This document shows positions 1 to 8,921 of a DNA stretch of 32,000 nt, piece after piece. Numbering within the stretch: the first letter of the stretch is position 1; the number at the start of each line of letters is the position of its first letter. The stretch is taken from positions 210,001 through 242,000 of the forward strand of contig NC_006055.1 in NCBI RefSeq assembly GCF_000008305.1, given 5' to 3'. The translations under genes were made by a program, and so were the position numbers. The stretch comes from Mesoplasma florum L1. Lineage in GTDB: Bacteria > Bacillota_I > Bacilli_A > Mycoplasmatales > Mycoplasmataceae. The notes under the pieces are model-generated. The model had not been told where the DNA came from and did not search any database. It saw nothing but the letters and a program-made list of their open reading frames with translations.

Positions 1-152
1 TCACATATGGATTATATAAAAATTTATCAATAGAAGAATGCCTTCAATTTGGAGCTGCAGCAGGTGGGGCAACTGCCTTTACCGAATGATTAGGATTAAA
101 AGAAGACATTTTAAAATTAAAACAAGAAATTAAAGTTAACAAAATAAAATAG
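1..152 (+). CDS. fruK: 1-phosphofructokinase (PfkB family), 3' end only; the gene starts upstream of the window
   Basis: The frame beginning at nt 3 reads TYGLYKNLSIEECLQFGAAAGGATAFTEWLGLKEDILKLKQEIKVNKIK*, with one in-frame TGA (Trp) and stop TAG at 150-152. The G/A-rich C-terminal segment is PfkB-like. A 9-nt gap separates it from a fructose PTS gene, as in the classic fruK-fruA arrangement. Confidence 0.6.
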
Positions 153-161
153 GAGATAAAT

Positions 162-2309
162 ATGGAATTAAAAGATTTATTTAAATCTAAAGTTTCAGTC
201 TTCAAAGCAGATTTAAAAACAAAAGAAGAAGTTATTAATTTTTTAGTTGATAAATTATCATCAGAAAAAATGATAGCTAATAAAAAAACTTTTAAAGATG
301 CGATTTTAAAAAGAGAAAGCGAAGCATCAACAGGTATGGGTGATGGAATTGGTATTCCTCATGCAATTAACAACACAGTTAAAGAACCTTGTATTGCTTT
401 TGTAAGTTTAAAATCACCAATAGACTGACAAAGTTTAGATAACAAACCAGTAGATTTAATCTTTATGATTGCTACAAATGATGAAAAAGGAGAAGCTCAC
501 TTAGGTGCTTTAGCTGATTTATCAAAATTCTTAATGAAACCTGAATTTCAAGAAGCATTAAGAAAAGCAAAAACTTTTAAAGATCTTTCAAAAGCTTTTG
601 ATAATAAAGTTGAAACAAAAAAAGTGGAAGCAAAAAATGGTAAATATGATGTGATTGGTATTACAGCATGTCCAACTGGTATTGCTCACACATACTTAGC
701 AGAAGAAAAATTAATTGAATATGCTACAGAATTAGGATTAAGTGTAAAAATTGAAACTCAAGGACGTAGAGGAACTGAAAACAAATTAACTCAAGAAGAT
801 GTTGACAATGCAAAAGTAATTATTTTAGCACATGACAAAAACTTACAAGGAATGGGTAGATTTGGTGGTAAACAAGTAATTGATACAACTACTAAAGATG
901 CAATTTTTAATGGAAAACAATTAATTCAAGAATTTGGTAAAACAGAAAAAACTACTACAGCAAAAGCTGTATCTTCAAAAGATGATGAAGTAAGTGATGA
1001 TTTTTCATTGAAAAAATTTGCTCAAGTTAAAGGAAACTTACTTGCGGGTGTTTCAAGAATGTTACCATTTGTCGTTGCAGGAGGAATTATATTAGGAATT
1101 GGATTCTTGATTGATTTTGCTGCAGGAAACGGAAATGTTCCAGGAATGACTGGCGCAACATTTGATTATTGATTTAATAATATATATGACAAAACTAAAG
1201 TTGATGTATTAACAGAATGAACCAATTGATGAATGGGAAATTTTGGAACACATAGTGAAGTTGCTGGTTGATTCTCAGCAATAGGTAAAACAGGTATGAT
1301 GATGATGGTTCCTGTTTTAGCAGCATATATTTCATATACAATCGTTGGACCTCAAGGATTAATGCCTGGGTTTATAGCAGGTATATTAGCTGATGGTACA
1401 GGTGGTTTTGCATATGCTGGAGACAAATTTGGGTGATCAGGTTTATGAACACGACTAATACCAGCTGATATCCCTATGCAATCAGGATTTATTGGTGGTA
1501 TGGTTGGTGCATATGTAGCAGCCTTAATTGTATTTGGTTTAACAATAGGATTCAAAAAATTTAAAAAATCTTTCCATGGAGTAAGAGACATAGTATTAAT
1601 TCCAGTGTTATCTCTTTTAGGTATTTCTTTAGCAATGTTCGCATTAAATATACCTTTAGGATATACAATGTATGGATTACAACAATTTTTAAAATTGTTA
1701 GCTGATCAAAACTTATTAATATTATTAGGAGCAATCCTTGGATTAATGATGTGTATTGATATGGGTGGACCAATTAATAAAATTGCTTATGTTACAGGAA
1801 CACTTTCAGTTTCAGGTGGATTAGGTAATGATCCACTTATAACTGTTACTATGGCAGCAGCAATGGCTGGAGGAATGATTCCACCTTTAGGAATAGCATT
1901 ATGTACAGTAACTTTTAGAAAAGCTTGAACAACAAAAGAAAAAGATTCAGCAAAAGCTAACTGATTAATGGGTGCATTCTTTATTTCAGAAGGAGCAATA
2001 CCATTTATGGTTACAGATCCAAAAAGAATTTCAGTTTCAGCAATGGCTGGTGGTACAATCACCGGATTAATTGTTGGAGGATGTAAAATAACATTAGGTG
2101 CACCACACGGTGGTATAGCTGTATTCCCATTATTAAAATCAGGATTACTTGGAACAAGCCCTGAACAAATGAATTCAGGAGCAGCAATTGGTTTAGGTGT
2201 AGGATTATACATCTTAGCAATCGTTGTTGGTACTTTAGTTATGGCAACAATCTTAGGATTCTGAAAAACTTATGATATTAAAAAAGGTAAACTAGTTATT
2301 GCCAATTAA
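162..2309 (+). CDS. fruA: PTS fructose-specific EIIABC component (715 aa)
   Basis: ORF fragments 162-428, 465-1172, 1476-1928 and 1968-2264 share one frame and are joined only through TGA codons. I translated the gaps by hand and found no TAA/TAG; the total is 2148 nt. Motifs: EIIA GDGIGIPHA, EIIB GITACPTGIAHTYLA (phospho-Cys), then a glycine-rich polytopic EIIC. SD AGGAG lies 6 nt upstream of the ATG. Stop TAA at 2307-2309. Confidence 0.92.
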
Positions 2310-2317
2310 TATTAAAT

Positions 2318-2346
2318 AAAAACCTTATTTATTTAAGGTTTTTTTG
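2318..2346 (+). terminator. Rho-independent terminator after fruA
   Basis: AAAAACCTTA (2318-2327), loop TTTATT, TAAGGTTTTT (2334-2343): a perfect 10-bp stem running into a T-tract. Confidence 0.75.
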
Positions 2347-2438
2347 TTTCCAAAAATATATAAATTTTTTTTCAAGGAGTAAAATAATTAATAAATGAGA
2401 GAAAAACAAATCAATAGAAAGAAAAAAAGGTTATATTT

Positions 2439-3734
2439 ATGGATTTAAAAACACCTATAGTTGAGTTATCTAATGTTTCAAAAATTTATAATAAACAAAT
2501 TTGAGCATTAAAGAAAATTGATTTAAAAATATATAGAGGTGAGTGTGTTTCACTTTTAGGCTCAAATGGTAGTGGTAAAACAACATTATTAAGAATTATA
2601 GGAAATAACTTAAAAAATACAACAGGAACTATTAATTATAATTTAGAAGAAGAAAACATTTTAAAAGGAATTGGATTACAAAAAAGAGAGCAAGCTTGAC
2701 CAAATGGTTTTAAGGTTAAAGATATAAACGACTTATGAATAAGAATATATGATGTTAATGATCTAGAATGAATTAATAAATTAAAAGATGTTTTTGGTGT
2801 GAATGAAGTTGAAGAAAAATATTTAAACAAACTTTCAATAGTTAAATTACAGATTTATGCAATATTTTTATCTTTTATTTCAAAACCTGAATTAGTTTTA
2901 ATTGATGAATTATCATCTGATATCGATTTTAAATATGAAGAAAAAATAACTAATTTCTTTAAAGAATACTTAGAAGAGGGAAATACCCTAATTTTAAATA
3001 GTCCAAGTTATTATTTTTTAGAAAACTTAACTGATAGAGTTGTTTATTTAAATGATGGTGAAATCTTTGAAGACCTATCTATTAAAGAAGTTAAAAAAGA
3101 ATATAAATCTGTAATGGAGTATACTAAAGCAATTTTTAAAGAAGAATTAGTGGTTGAGAAAAAAATTAAAAATAAAAGTAAGTTTTTCTCAACAATGATT
3201 TCTAAAACTGAAGGTTACTCAAATGTATTACAAGCAATCATTGAGCAATTAGAAGCTCAAGAAAACTGCAATGAAAAGGTTTTAAGCAGATTAAAAGAAG
3301 TTTATTTTAGTATTTTAGATTTAAACACAAGTATAGATAATTTATCAGTTTCTTACATAAATGCTGATTCGATTAAAATAATATCTAAAAAGATAAAATT
3401 AACTATGAAGTTGATTAATAAATTGACTATAAATTACAGATATAAAAAATATCATAAAACATTAAGTGGCATTGAAAAGTTTTTAAGTAAGGAATTGAAA
3501 AGAACTTTTGCAAATGACAAGGTTATTGTAAATGGTGATGTTTTAAGTATAACTATGTCTCAATCAGAAAAAAAACAATTAGAAAAACTTAAAGAAAAAT
3601 ACATTAAAGAAGAACAAAAAATTATAAGAAGAAAAATTCTTAAACAACAATTTAAAAAACAAAAAGATATGAAATCAAAAAATAATCCGGTTCAAGAATC
3701 TTTAAAAGAGGTTACAACTGATGAAAACAAATAA
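2439..3734 (+). CDS. ABC transporter ATP-binding protein with degenerate signature and H-loop and a long C-terminal coiled-coil tail (431 aa)
   Basis: ATG at 2439 is in frame with ORF 2799-3734 through three TGA codons. Walker A GSNGSGKTT, Q-loop-like GLQKREQ, Walker B LVLIDELSSDID. The signature position reads LSIVK rather than LSGGQ. The H-loop position reads NSPSYY, with no His. Residues ~225-431 are K/E-rich and heptad-like. Confidence 0.85.
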
Positions 3735-4737
3735 AAATTTCAAAATCTTTTTAAGATTAATGAAAGCACAAACTTTTAATTATATAACTGATCCAATTAA
3801 TATAATTTTAGGTTTTGTTTTAACAACAGTTACAATGTTATGTTGATTGGCTTTTAAACCGCATGATGCAGAATCTGGATTATTAGCAGATAGTTTCGTT
3901 TTAGCTTCAGCAATTGGTATTTCAGCAATTAGAAATTCTCAATATAATTTAAACTTAACATTAGCTGATTGACGTGAAACTAGATTTATAAGAAATCTTT
4001 TAACAACACCTGTTTCAAAAAAAGTTTTATATGCGTCAATATTATGTTTCAACTGAATAGTAAATATATTAGTAACTATTATTTTGATTTCTTTAGCTAT
4101 GCTTTTTAGTTCACAAAGAAAAGTGATTTCAAATGTTCAATGAACACCATTTTTAATTGGTTTTATTCTAAATATTTTTCTTTCAAATGTTATTGCCTTG
4201 TTTTTATCAACAACCTTTAAAAATAAAGAATATGTTTTTATAATTTCTTTATTATCATATTTTGGACCTATGTACTTGTTGGGTTTAGGTATACCTTGGA
4301 ATGTTGTTGGTCAAATACCAGCGATTAATATATTAACTTACATAGCACCTCATAGATATACATTGCATCTAATGCAGGCTGCGTGAGTAGGGAATGCGTC
4401 AAATATGTCATTCCCTGGAGTTGAATCAAGTTCTTGATTAGGAGTTCATGGTTTTGGATATGGTGGGAACGGTTGATGGCTACCAGCATTAATAGCTTGT
4501 ATTTTTATATTTATATTTGCTTTTGCTTTTTACTACAGGTTAAAAAGCAATTATCAGTTTGGAACAAGAAAATATTCTAAATTTAAAGGTGTTAAAAAAC
4601 ACGCAAATAACATTGAATTAATTAAAAGAACAAATTCAATAGAAGAATTAAAAATACTTGTAGAAATAGCTGGCTTAGATTATAAAACAAAAAAAGTTAA
4701 AAAGAAAAAGCCAAGCAAGAAGCGAGGTGATAAATAA
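3721..4737 (+). CDS. ABC-2 type transporter permease, copy 1 (338 aa)
   Basis: ATG at 3721 overlaps the ATPase stop by 14 nt. The frame is continuous through TGA codons to TAA at 4735-4737 and includes ORF 4198-4386. There are about six hydrophobic spans (e.g. INIILGFVLTTVTMLCWLAF, WWLPALIACIFIFIFAFAFYY) and a basic cytoplasmic tail. SD AGAGG is upstream. Confidence 0.75.
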
Positions 4738-5678
4738 TGAATTTGGAAAAATTAAAAAAGGAATATAAAGTTTTCAGTATGTTATTTATCATACAAACTA
4801 AGCATTGATTTAAAAACCCACTTAATATATTTTTAGGAGTATTTATTTCTTTATACACTATATTATGTTGACTTGCATTTAAGCACAATGATCCATTTTT
4901 ATTAGTTTCTGGTATTTGTGTAGCTATGGTAAGGAATTCAATGTATATTTACCTTAGAACTATCAATGATTGAAGAGGTAAAAACTTCGTTGATAAAATG
5001 AGTATGAGCAATATTAGTAATAAAACAAAACACTTGTCATTACTGGTCTTTAATTTTATTTCAACATTTGTAATATGCTTAATAATATTTTTAATATCTA
5101 TAATATTATTTCCATCACAATTAAGTTATATTGAAAAATTAAACCCTTTAATGATGATATTTGGGTTATTAATATGTTGAGTAACATGTTATGTAATTGC
5201 TTTATTTTTATACACATTTATTAGCAATACAAAATGAACAACAATGATTGGTTTATTAATTTATTTTTCAACTATGTATTTTTTAGGTTTAGGTTTTCCA
5301 TTCCAAACAATTATTCAACAAGATTGATTAAATTATCTATTGTATTTACACCCAATGAGATATTCAATTAACATAGTACAAGCTGGATTTGTTAACGCAC
5401 CTAATTTTCACTATATCAATCCCGATATTAATATTGATGTTGATTTTGGATATGGCGAAAATGCATGATTAGCTTACTTTTTAGCACTATTAACAATTGG
5501 TGGGTATATAATTTGTTTAGTATCAAAAAGATTAATTGATTCAAATTATAAATTTAGATCCAGAAATAAAGTAAAAAGATTGAAAGCTGAATCAAAACTT
5601 TATATTAAACAAATTAACGAATCAAACGATATAGAATTTTTGAAAAGATTAAGAGAAGATAGAAGACAAAGGGATTAG
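4737..5678 (+). CDS. ABC-2 type transporter permease, copy 2, a paralog of the upstream gene (313 aa)
   Basis: ATG at 4737 shares one nt with the preceding TAA (TAATG). The frame is hand-translated to TAG at 5676-5678 and includes ORF 4998-5180. It aligns with copy 1: LCWLAFK, YF..MY.LGLG.P and H..RY....QA blocks, and an IE.LK motif in the tail. SD GAGGTG is upstream. Confidence 0.75.
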
Positions 5679-5682
5679 AATA

Positions 5683-5868
5683 ATGAAATGTTATAGCACA
5701 AATTGTAAAAATGATGCAAGTGCATCATTCTCAGAAAAAGTTTTGGATGTTAATTCAACACAAAATAAATGATTAACAACAGAACCAGTTTATAAAAGAA
5801 TAACTTTATACTACTGTCATGATTGTATGCAAACAGTATTAGGAAATTTAAGAGGACAAAAAAAATAA
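5683..5868 (+). CDS. Small four-Cys (zinc-ribbon-like) protein, 61 aa, last gene of the ABC cassette
   Basis: MKCYSTNCKNDASASFSEKVLDVNSTQNKWLTTEPVYKRITLYYCHDCMQTVLGNLRGQKK. It has a C-x4-C pair near the N-terminus and a C-x2-C pair near the C-terminus. SD AAGGGA is upstream, there is a 4-nt gap after permease 2, and the gene ends inside the terminator hairpin. The standard-code track misses it because of one TGA. Confidence 0.55.
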
Positions 5869-5888
5869 TCGGCAACGATTATTTTTTT
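5858..5888. terminator. Bidirectional intrinsic terminator between convergent genes
   Basis: AAAAATAATCG (5861-5871), loop GCAA, CGATTATTTTT (5876-5886). It is flanked by an A-run on one side and a T-run on the other. It overlaps both stop codons (5866-5868 on +, 5879-5881 on -). Confidence 0.72.
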
Positions 5889-6934
5889 ACTTTCATTTTT
5901 TTATTTTCAATTCTTTCAATTTCTTCTGCTAAGAATTTCATTCTAGCTTCTTTAACTAAAAGCGTATCAAACTCTTTATTAAATAACCCCATGAATGTAC
6001 CAATAATTAAGGCACCAACGAAGTTTCCTAATATAGCTGGTATGATATTGAAAGTAATAAATGCTCAAGCCATATTTGCGTGTTGAGTTGTTGGATCAGA
6101 GATAGCTCTTAATATTAACATTCAAGCACCAAATCAATTGGCTACACAGTGTTGATATCCCCCAATTGCAAAGTAGAATAGAACTAAGAAATACATAATC
6201 ATTGCTGCAACAGTGTTACCTTTTGCTGATTTAGAACCTTGAGTTGCTAAACAAATTAAGAAGTTACATAATACAGCACTTGCAAAAACATAACCTATTG
6301 TTTCAAAAATCATACCCGCTTTTAAGCTATGATTATTTGCAATGGCTTCACCAATCTCATAAAGCTTAGTTTTACCAAAAGCATTATATATATGATCAGC
6401 TAGAGCTGGACTGTGGTTTAAAGCCCCACTTAATTGAAAGATACAAGTAAATGTCATTATTCCAATTATGTTTCCAGCGTAAACTAGTCCACATGCTTTC
6501 AAGAAAATTGATCATCTTTCAACTTTTTTAAACATAGTTCTGTTATATCACATATGTGCTGTGACAAATCCTCCACCAAGAAATGATATTAATAGTATAA
6601 CACTACCAAAAATCAATCCAGTTAATATTCTAACAAGTGATTCTAAACCAGCTTTATCTTTCCCAACAAATGAGTAAGTTGCATAAGCTACCGCAACATA
6701 AACTAAACCAATTCAAATACCAGCTAGCACTCCTGCCATAAACTGCTTCATATTTGCCAACCTTAAACCATCAGATATAACTCTAAAAGTATGAATGTAT
6801 CCATAGTTATGATAAGCAACATCTTGACTATAAAGAGGAGAATAATCAACTTTTTCTAAAGTATTGATTTCTTCTTTATAAGCACTGATTTTTTGCTCAT
6901 CGGTTAAATGGGCTCTTTTTTTCCACTTCATCAT
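5879..6934 (-). CDS. Formate/nitrite transporter (FNT) family channel with a ~70-aa N-terminal extension (351 aa)
   Basis: Minus-strand ORFs 6713-6934 and 6134-6502 and the region down to TAA (complement of 5879-5881) share one frame, joined by TGA. The FNT hallmark GGYQHCVANW (F-E/Q-H-S/C-V-A-N type) is present in a polytopic hydrophobic body. SD GAAGGAAAA is upstream. Confidence 0.85.
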
Positions 6935-7062
6935 TTATTTTATTTTCCTTCTCTAAAAATTAATTTCTATTTTAATAATACATTAATGGAATTATATTTT
7001 TTGAAATTATTTTATTTTTTATATTTTTTGTTTATATAACTATTATTATGTAAAAATTTAAA

Positions 7063-7071
7063 TGATATAAT
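7063..7071 (+). promoter_or_regulatory. Extended -10 promoter element for crr
   Basis: TGATATAAT, about 40 nt upstream of the crr ATG in an AT-rich 176-nt divergent intergenic region. Confidence 0.5.
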
Positions 7072-7110
7072 TTTATTAGCCTAATTAAGTTTAAAAAGAG
7101 GAGAAAAATA

Positions 7111-7584
7111 ATGGGATTATTTAGTAAAAAAAATAAACTTGTTGAAATCTATGCACCAGTAGATGGTGAAGTTGTAGGATTAGATAAAGTTGAAGATGAA
7201 GTATTTAGTGGAAAAATGATGGGTGATGGTTTAGCTATCGTTCCAGCAAATGGTGATTTTGTTTCACCAATGGCTGGTGAACTAGCAAGTGTTTTCCCAA
7301 CAAAACATGCATACGGATTTAGAGAAAAATCAGGAGTTGAAGTTTTAGTTCATATCGGATTAGACACTGTTAACCTTGATGGTGAAGGATTCGAATCATT
7401 TGTTAAACAAGGAGACAAAGTAAGCCAAGGTGACCCAATGGTTAAAGTTGACTTAAAATTTGTTAAACCAAAAGTTCCTTCAATTACAACACCTATTATC
7501 GTAACTAACCCAAATGGTAAAGAAATTACTATTGTTAAAATGGGAAAAGTTAAAAAAGGTGAATTAATCGCAACTGTTGGTTAA
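7111..7584 (+). CDS. crr: PTS glucose-family EIIA (157 aa)
   Basis: An intact ORF with the EIIA-Glc motifs FPTKHAYGF and VLVHIGLDTVNLDGEGF (both active-site His present). SD GAGGAG is upstream. Confidence 0.92.
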   Translation: MGLFSKKNKLVEIYAPVDGEVVGLDKVEDEVFSGKMMGDGLAIVPANGDFVSPMAGELASVFPTKHAYGFREKSGVEVLVHIGLDTVNLDGEGFESFVKQGDKVSQGDPMVKVDLKFVKPKVPSITTPIIVTNPNGKEITIVKMGKVKKGELIATVG

Positions 7585-7589
7585 TAATA

Positions 7590-7619
7590 TTTACAAATCA
7601 TTAATTTATTTGTTATAAT
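7590..7619 (+). promoter_or_regulatory. Promoter of the infC-rpmI-rplT operon
   Basis: TTTACA (7590-7595), 18 nt spacer, then TGTTATAAT (7611-7619), an extended -10. Confidence 0.55.
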
Positions 7620-7745
7620 TTAAATGTTAAAGAAAAAGAAGCACAAGCTCACCACCAACTAAAGTGAAGTGGTAGAATGAAATAATATAAAAATATTATA
7701 ATGTGTGCTATCTAATTTTTTGACGGCACACATTTTATTTATCCA
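7620..7745 (+). promoter_or_regulatory. Putative ribosomal protein L20 leader (transcription attenuator)
   Basis: About 130 nt of untranslated leader lies between the promoter and infC. It is noticeably more GC-rich than other spacers (GCACAAGCTCACCACCAACTAAAGTGAAGTGGTAG). It ends in the hairpin AATGTGTGC (7700-7708) / GCACACATT (7726-7734) followed by TTTATTTAT. The position matches the Firmicute L20 leader. Confidence 0.5.
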
Positions 7746-7757
7746 AAGGAGTATTAG

Positions 7758-8300
7758 ATGGATCAAAGAAGAAACAATTCAAAACCTATTAAAAACCAAG
7801 ACCCTATTAACGCTTTTATTAGAGCTAGAGAAGTTTTAATCATTGGAGACAATGGAGAAAAACTTGGACCTTTAAAAAGAAATGAAGCTATTCAATTAGC
7901 TGAAGAAAAAGGTTTAGATTTAATGCAAGTTGGTCAACAACCTGATGGTTTAGCAATTTGTAAAATTTTAGATTATGGTAAATTCAGATACCAACAACAA
8001 AAGAAAAACAAAGAAGCTAAGAAAAATCAAGTTAAGGTTGAAAATAAGGAAATTAGATTAACTGTTAATATAGGTCAACATGACTTAGTTACAAAAGCTA
8101 AAAAAGCTAGAGAGTTTTTAGAAGCTGGGGATAGAGTTAAAATTTCTTTAAAATTCAAAGGTAGAGAAATCGCATACATGGATTTAGGAAAAGAAACACT
8201 GGACAGATTCTACAAAGAAATTGAAGATATAGCTAAAATTGAAAAAGAAGCTAAGTTAACTTCAAGATTCTTAGATATGTACGTTGTGCCAAAGAAATAA
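7758..8300 (+). CDS. infC: Translation initiation factor IF-3 (180 aa)
   Basis: An intact ORF containing INAFIRAREVLIIGDNGEKLG, typical of IF-3. SD AAAGGAG is upstream. The ATG start is preceded by an in-frame TAG, so no upstream non-canonical start is possible. Confidence 0.95.
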   Translation: MDQRRNNSKPIKNQDPINAFIRAREVLIIGDNGEKLGPLKRNEAIQLAEEKGLDLMQVGQQPDGLAICKILDYGKFRYQQQKKNKEAKKNQVKVENKEIRLTVNIGQHDLVTKAKKAREFLEAGDRVKISLKFKGREIAYMDLGKETLDRFYKEIEDIAKIEKEAKLTSRFLDMYVVPKK

Positions 8301-8331
8301 TTAGAAAAGTATTGAAAGGAAATTAAGTATT

Positions 8332-8526
8332 ATGCCAAAAATGAAATCAAAAAAATCATTAGCAAAAAGAGTTATTGCTAAGAAAAACGGTACTTTAAAA
8401 AGAGGTAAAGCTTACAGATCTCACCGTGCTACAGGTAAAACTACAAAACAAAAACGTCACTTAGAAAAAGCTACAATCGTTCATGTAACAGACATGAAAC
8501 GTATTAAAGGTTTATTACAAAAATAA
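8332..8526 (+). CDS. rpmI: 50S ribosomal protein L35 (64 aa)
   Basis: [14 protein letters not shown]...[14 protein letters not shown], a typical basic L35, located between infC and rplT. Confidence 0.95.
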   Translation: MPKMKSKKSLAKRVIAKKNGTLKRGKAYRSHRATGKTTKQKRHLEKATIVHVTDMKRIKGLLQK

Positions 8527-8549
8527 GAAAGGTAAAAGGAAAATAAGTT

Positions 8550-8912
8550 ATGGCAAGAGTTAAATTTGGAAAAGTAACTAGAGCAAGAAGAAAACGTTGA
8601 ATCAAACGTGCAAAAGGTTACTATGGAACTAAACATTCTTCATATAAAAAAGCACACGAACAAGTAGTTCGTTCAATGGCTTATGCTTTTATCGGGCGTA
8701 AACAAAAGAAACGTGACTTTAGAAAATTATGAATTGTTCGTATTAATGCAGCAGTTAGACCATATGGTTTATCATACTCAAAATTTATGAACGGATTAAA
8801 ATTAGCTAACATTGATGTTAACCGTAAAATGTTATCAGAATTAGCTATTTCAAACCCAGAACAATTTAAATTATTAGTTGATGCATCAAATAAAGCATTA
8901 ACTTCAAAATAA
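8550..8912 (+). CDS. rplT: 50S ribosomal protein L20 (120 aa)
   Basis: [39 protein letters not shown]...FRKLWIVRINAA. The standard-code track misses it because of two TGA codons. Stop TAA at 8910-8912. Confidence 0.95.
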
Positions 8913-8921
8913 TAAATTTTT

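Noticed and set aside
1352-2212. Three minus-strand ORFs (1352-1591, 1561-1773, 1787-2212) lie antisense to fruA; the longest is 141 aa.
   Set aside because: They lie entirely inside the well-supported fruA EIIC coding region. They have P/G/I-rich low-complexity translations typical of the reverse complement of a glycine- and alanine-rich membrane domain. They have no SD.
5823-6086. A plus-strand 87-aa ORF downstream of the four-Cys gene.
   Set aside because: It is antisense to the 3' end of the FNT gene, starts inside the previous CDS, crosses a terminator hairpin and has no SD.
7624-7662. A 12-codon ORF (MLKKKKHKLTTN) at the start of the infC leader.
   Set aside because: It has no SD, and its start lies at or before the predicted transcription start. 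The region is better explained as a structured leader RNA.
7739-7747. A DnaA-box-like TTATCCAAA just upstream of infC.
   Set aside because: It is a single copy with one mismatch, it overlaps the T-tract and SD region of the leader, and there is no cluster of boxes or AT-rich unwinding context suggesting an origin.
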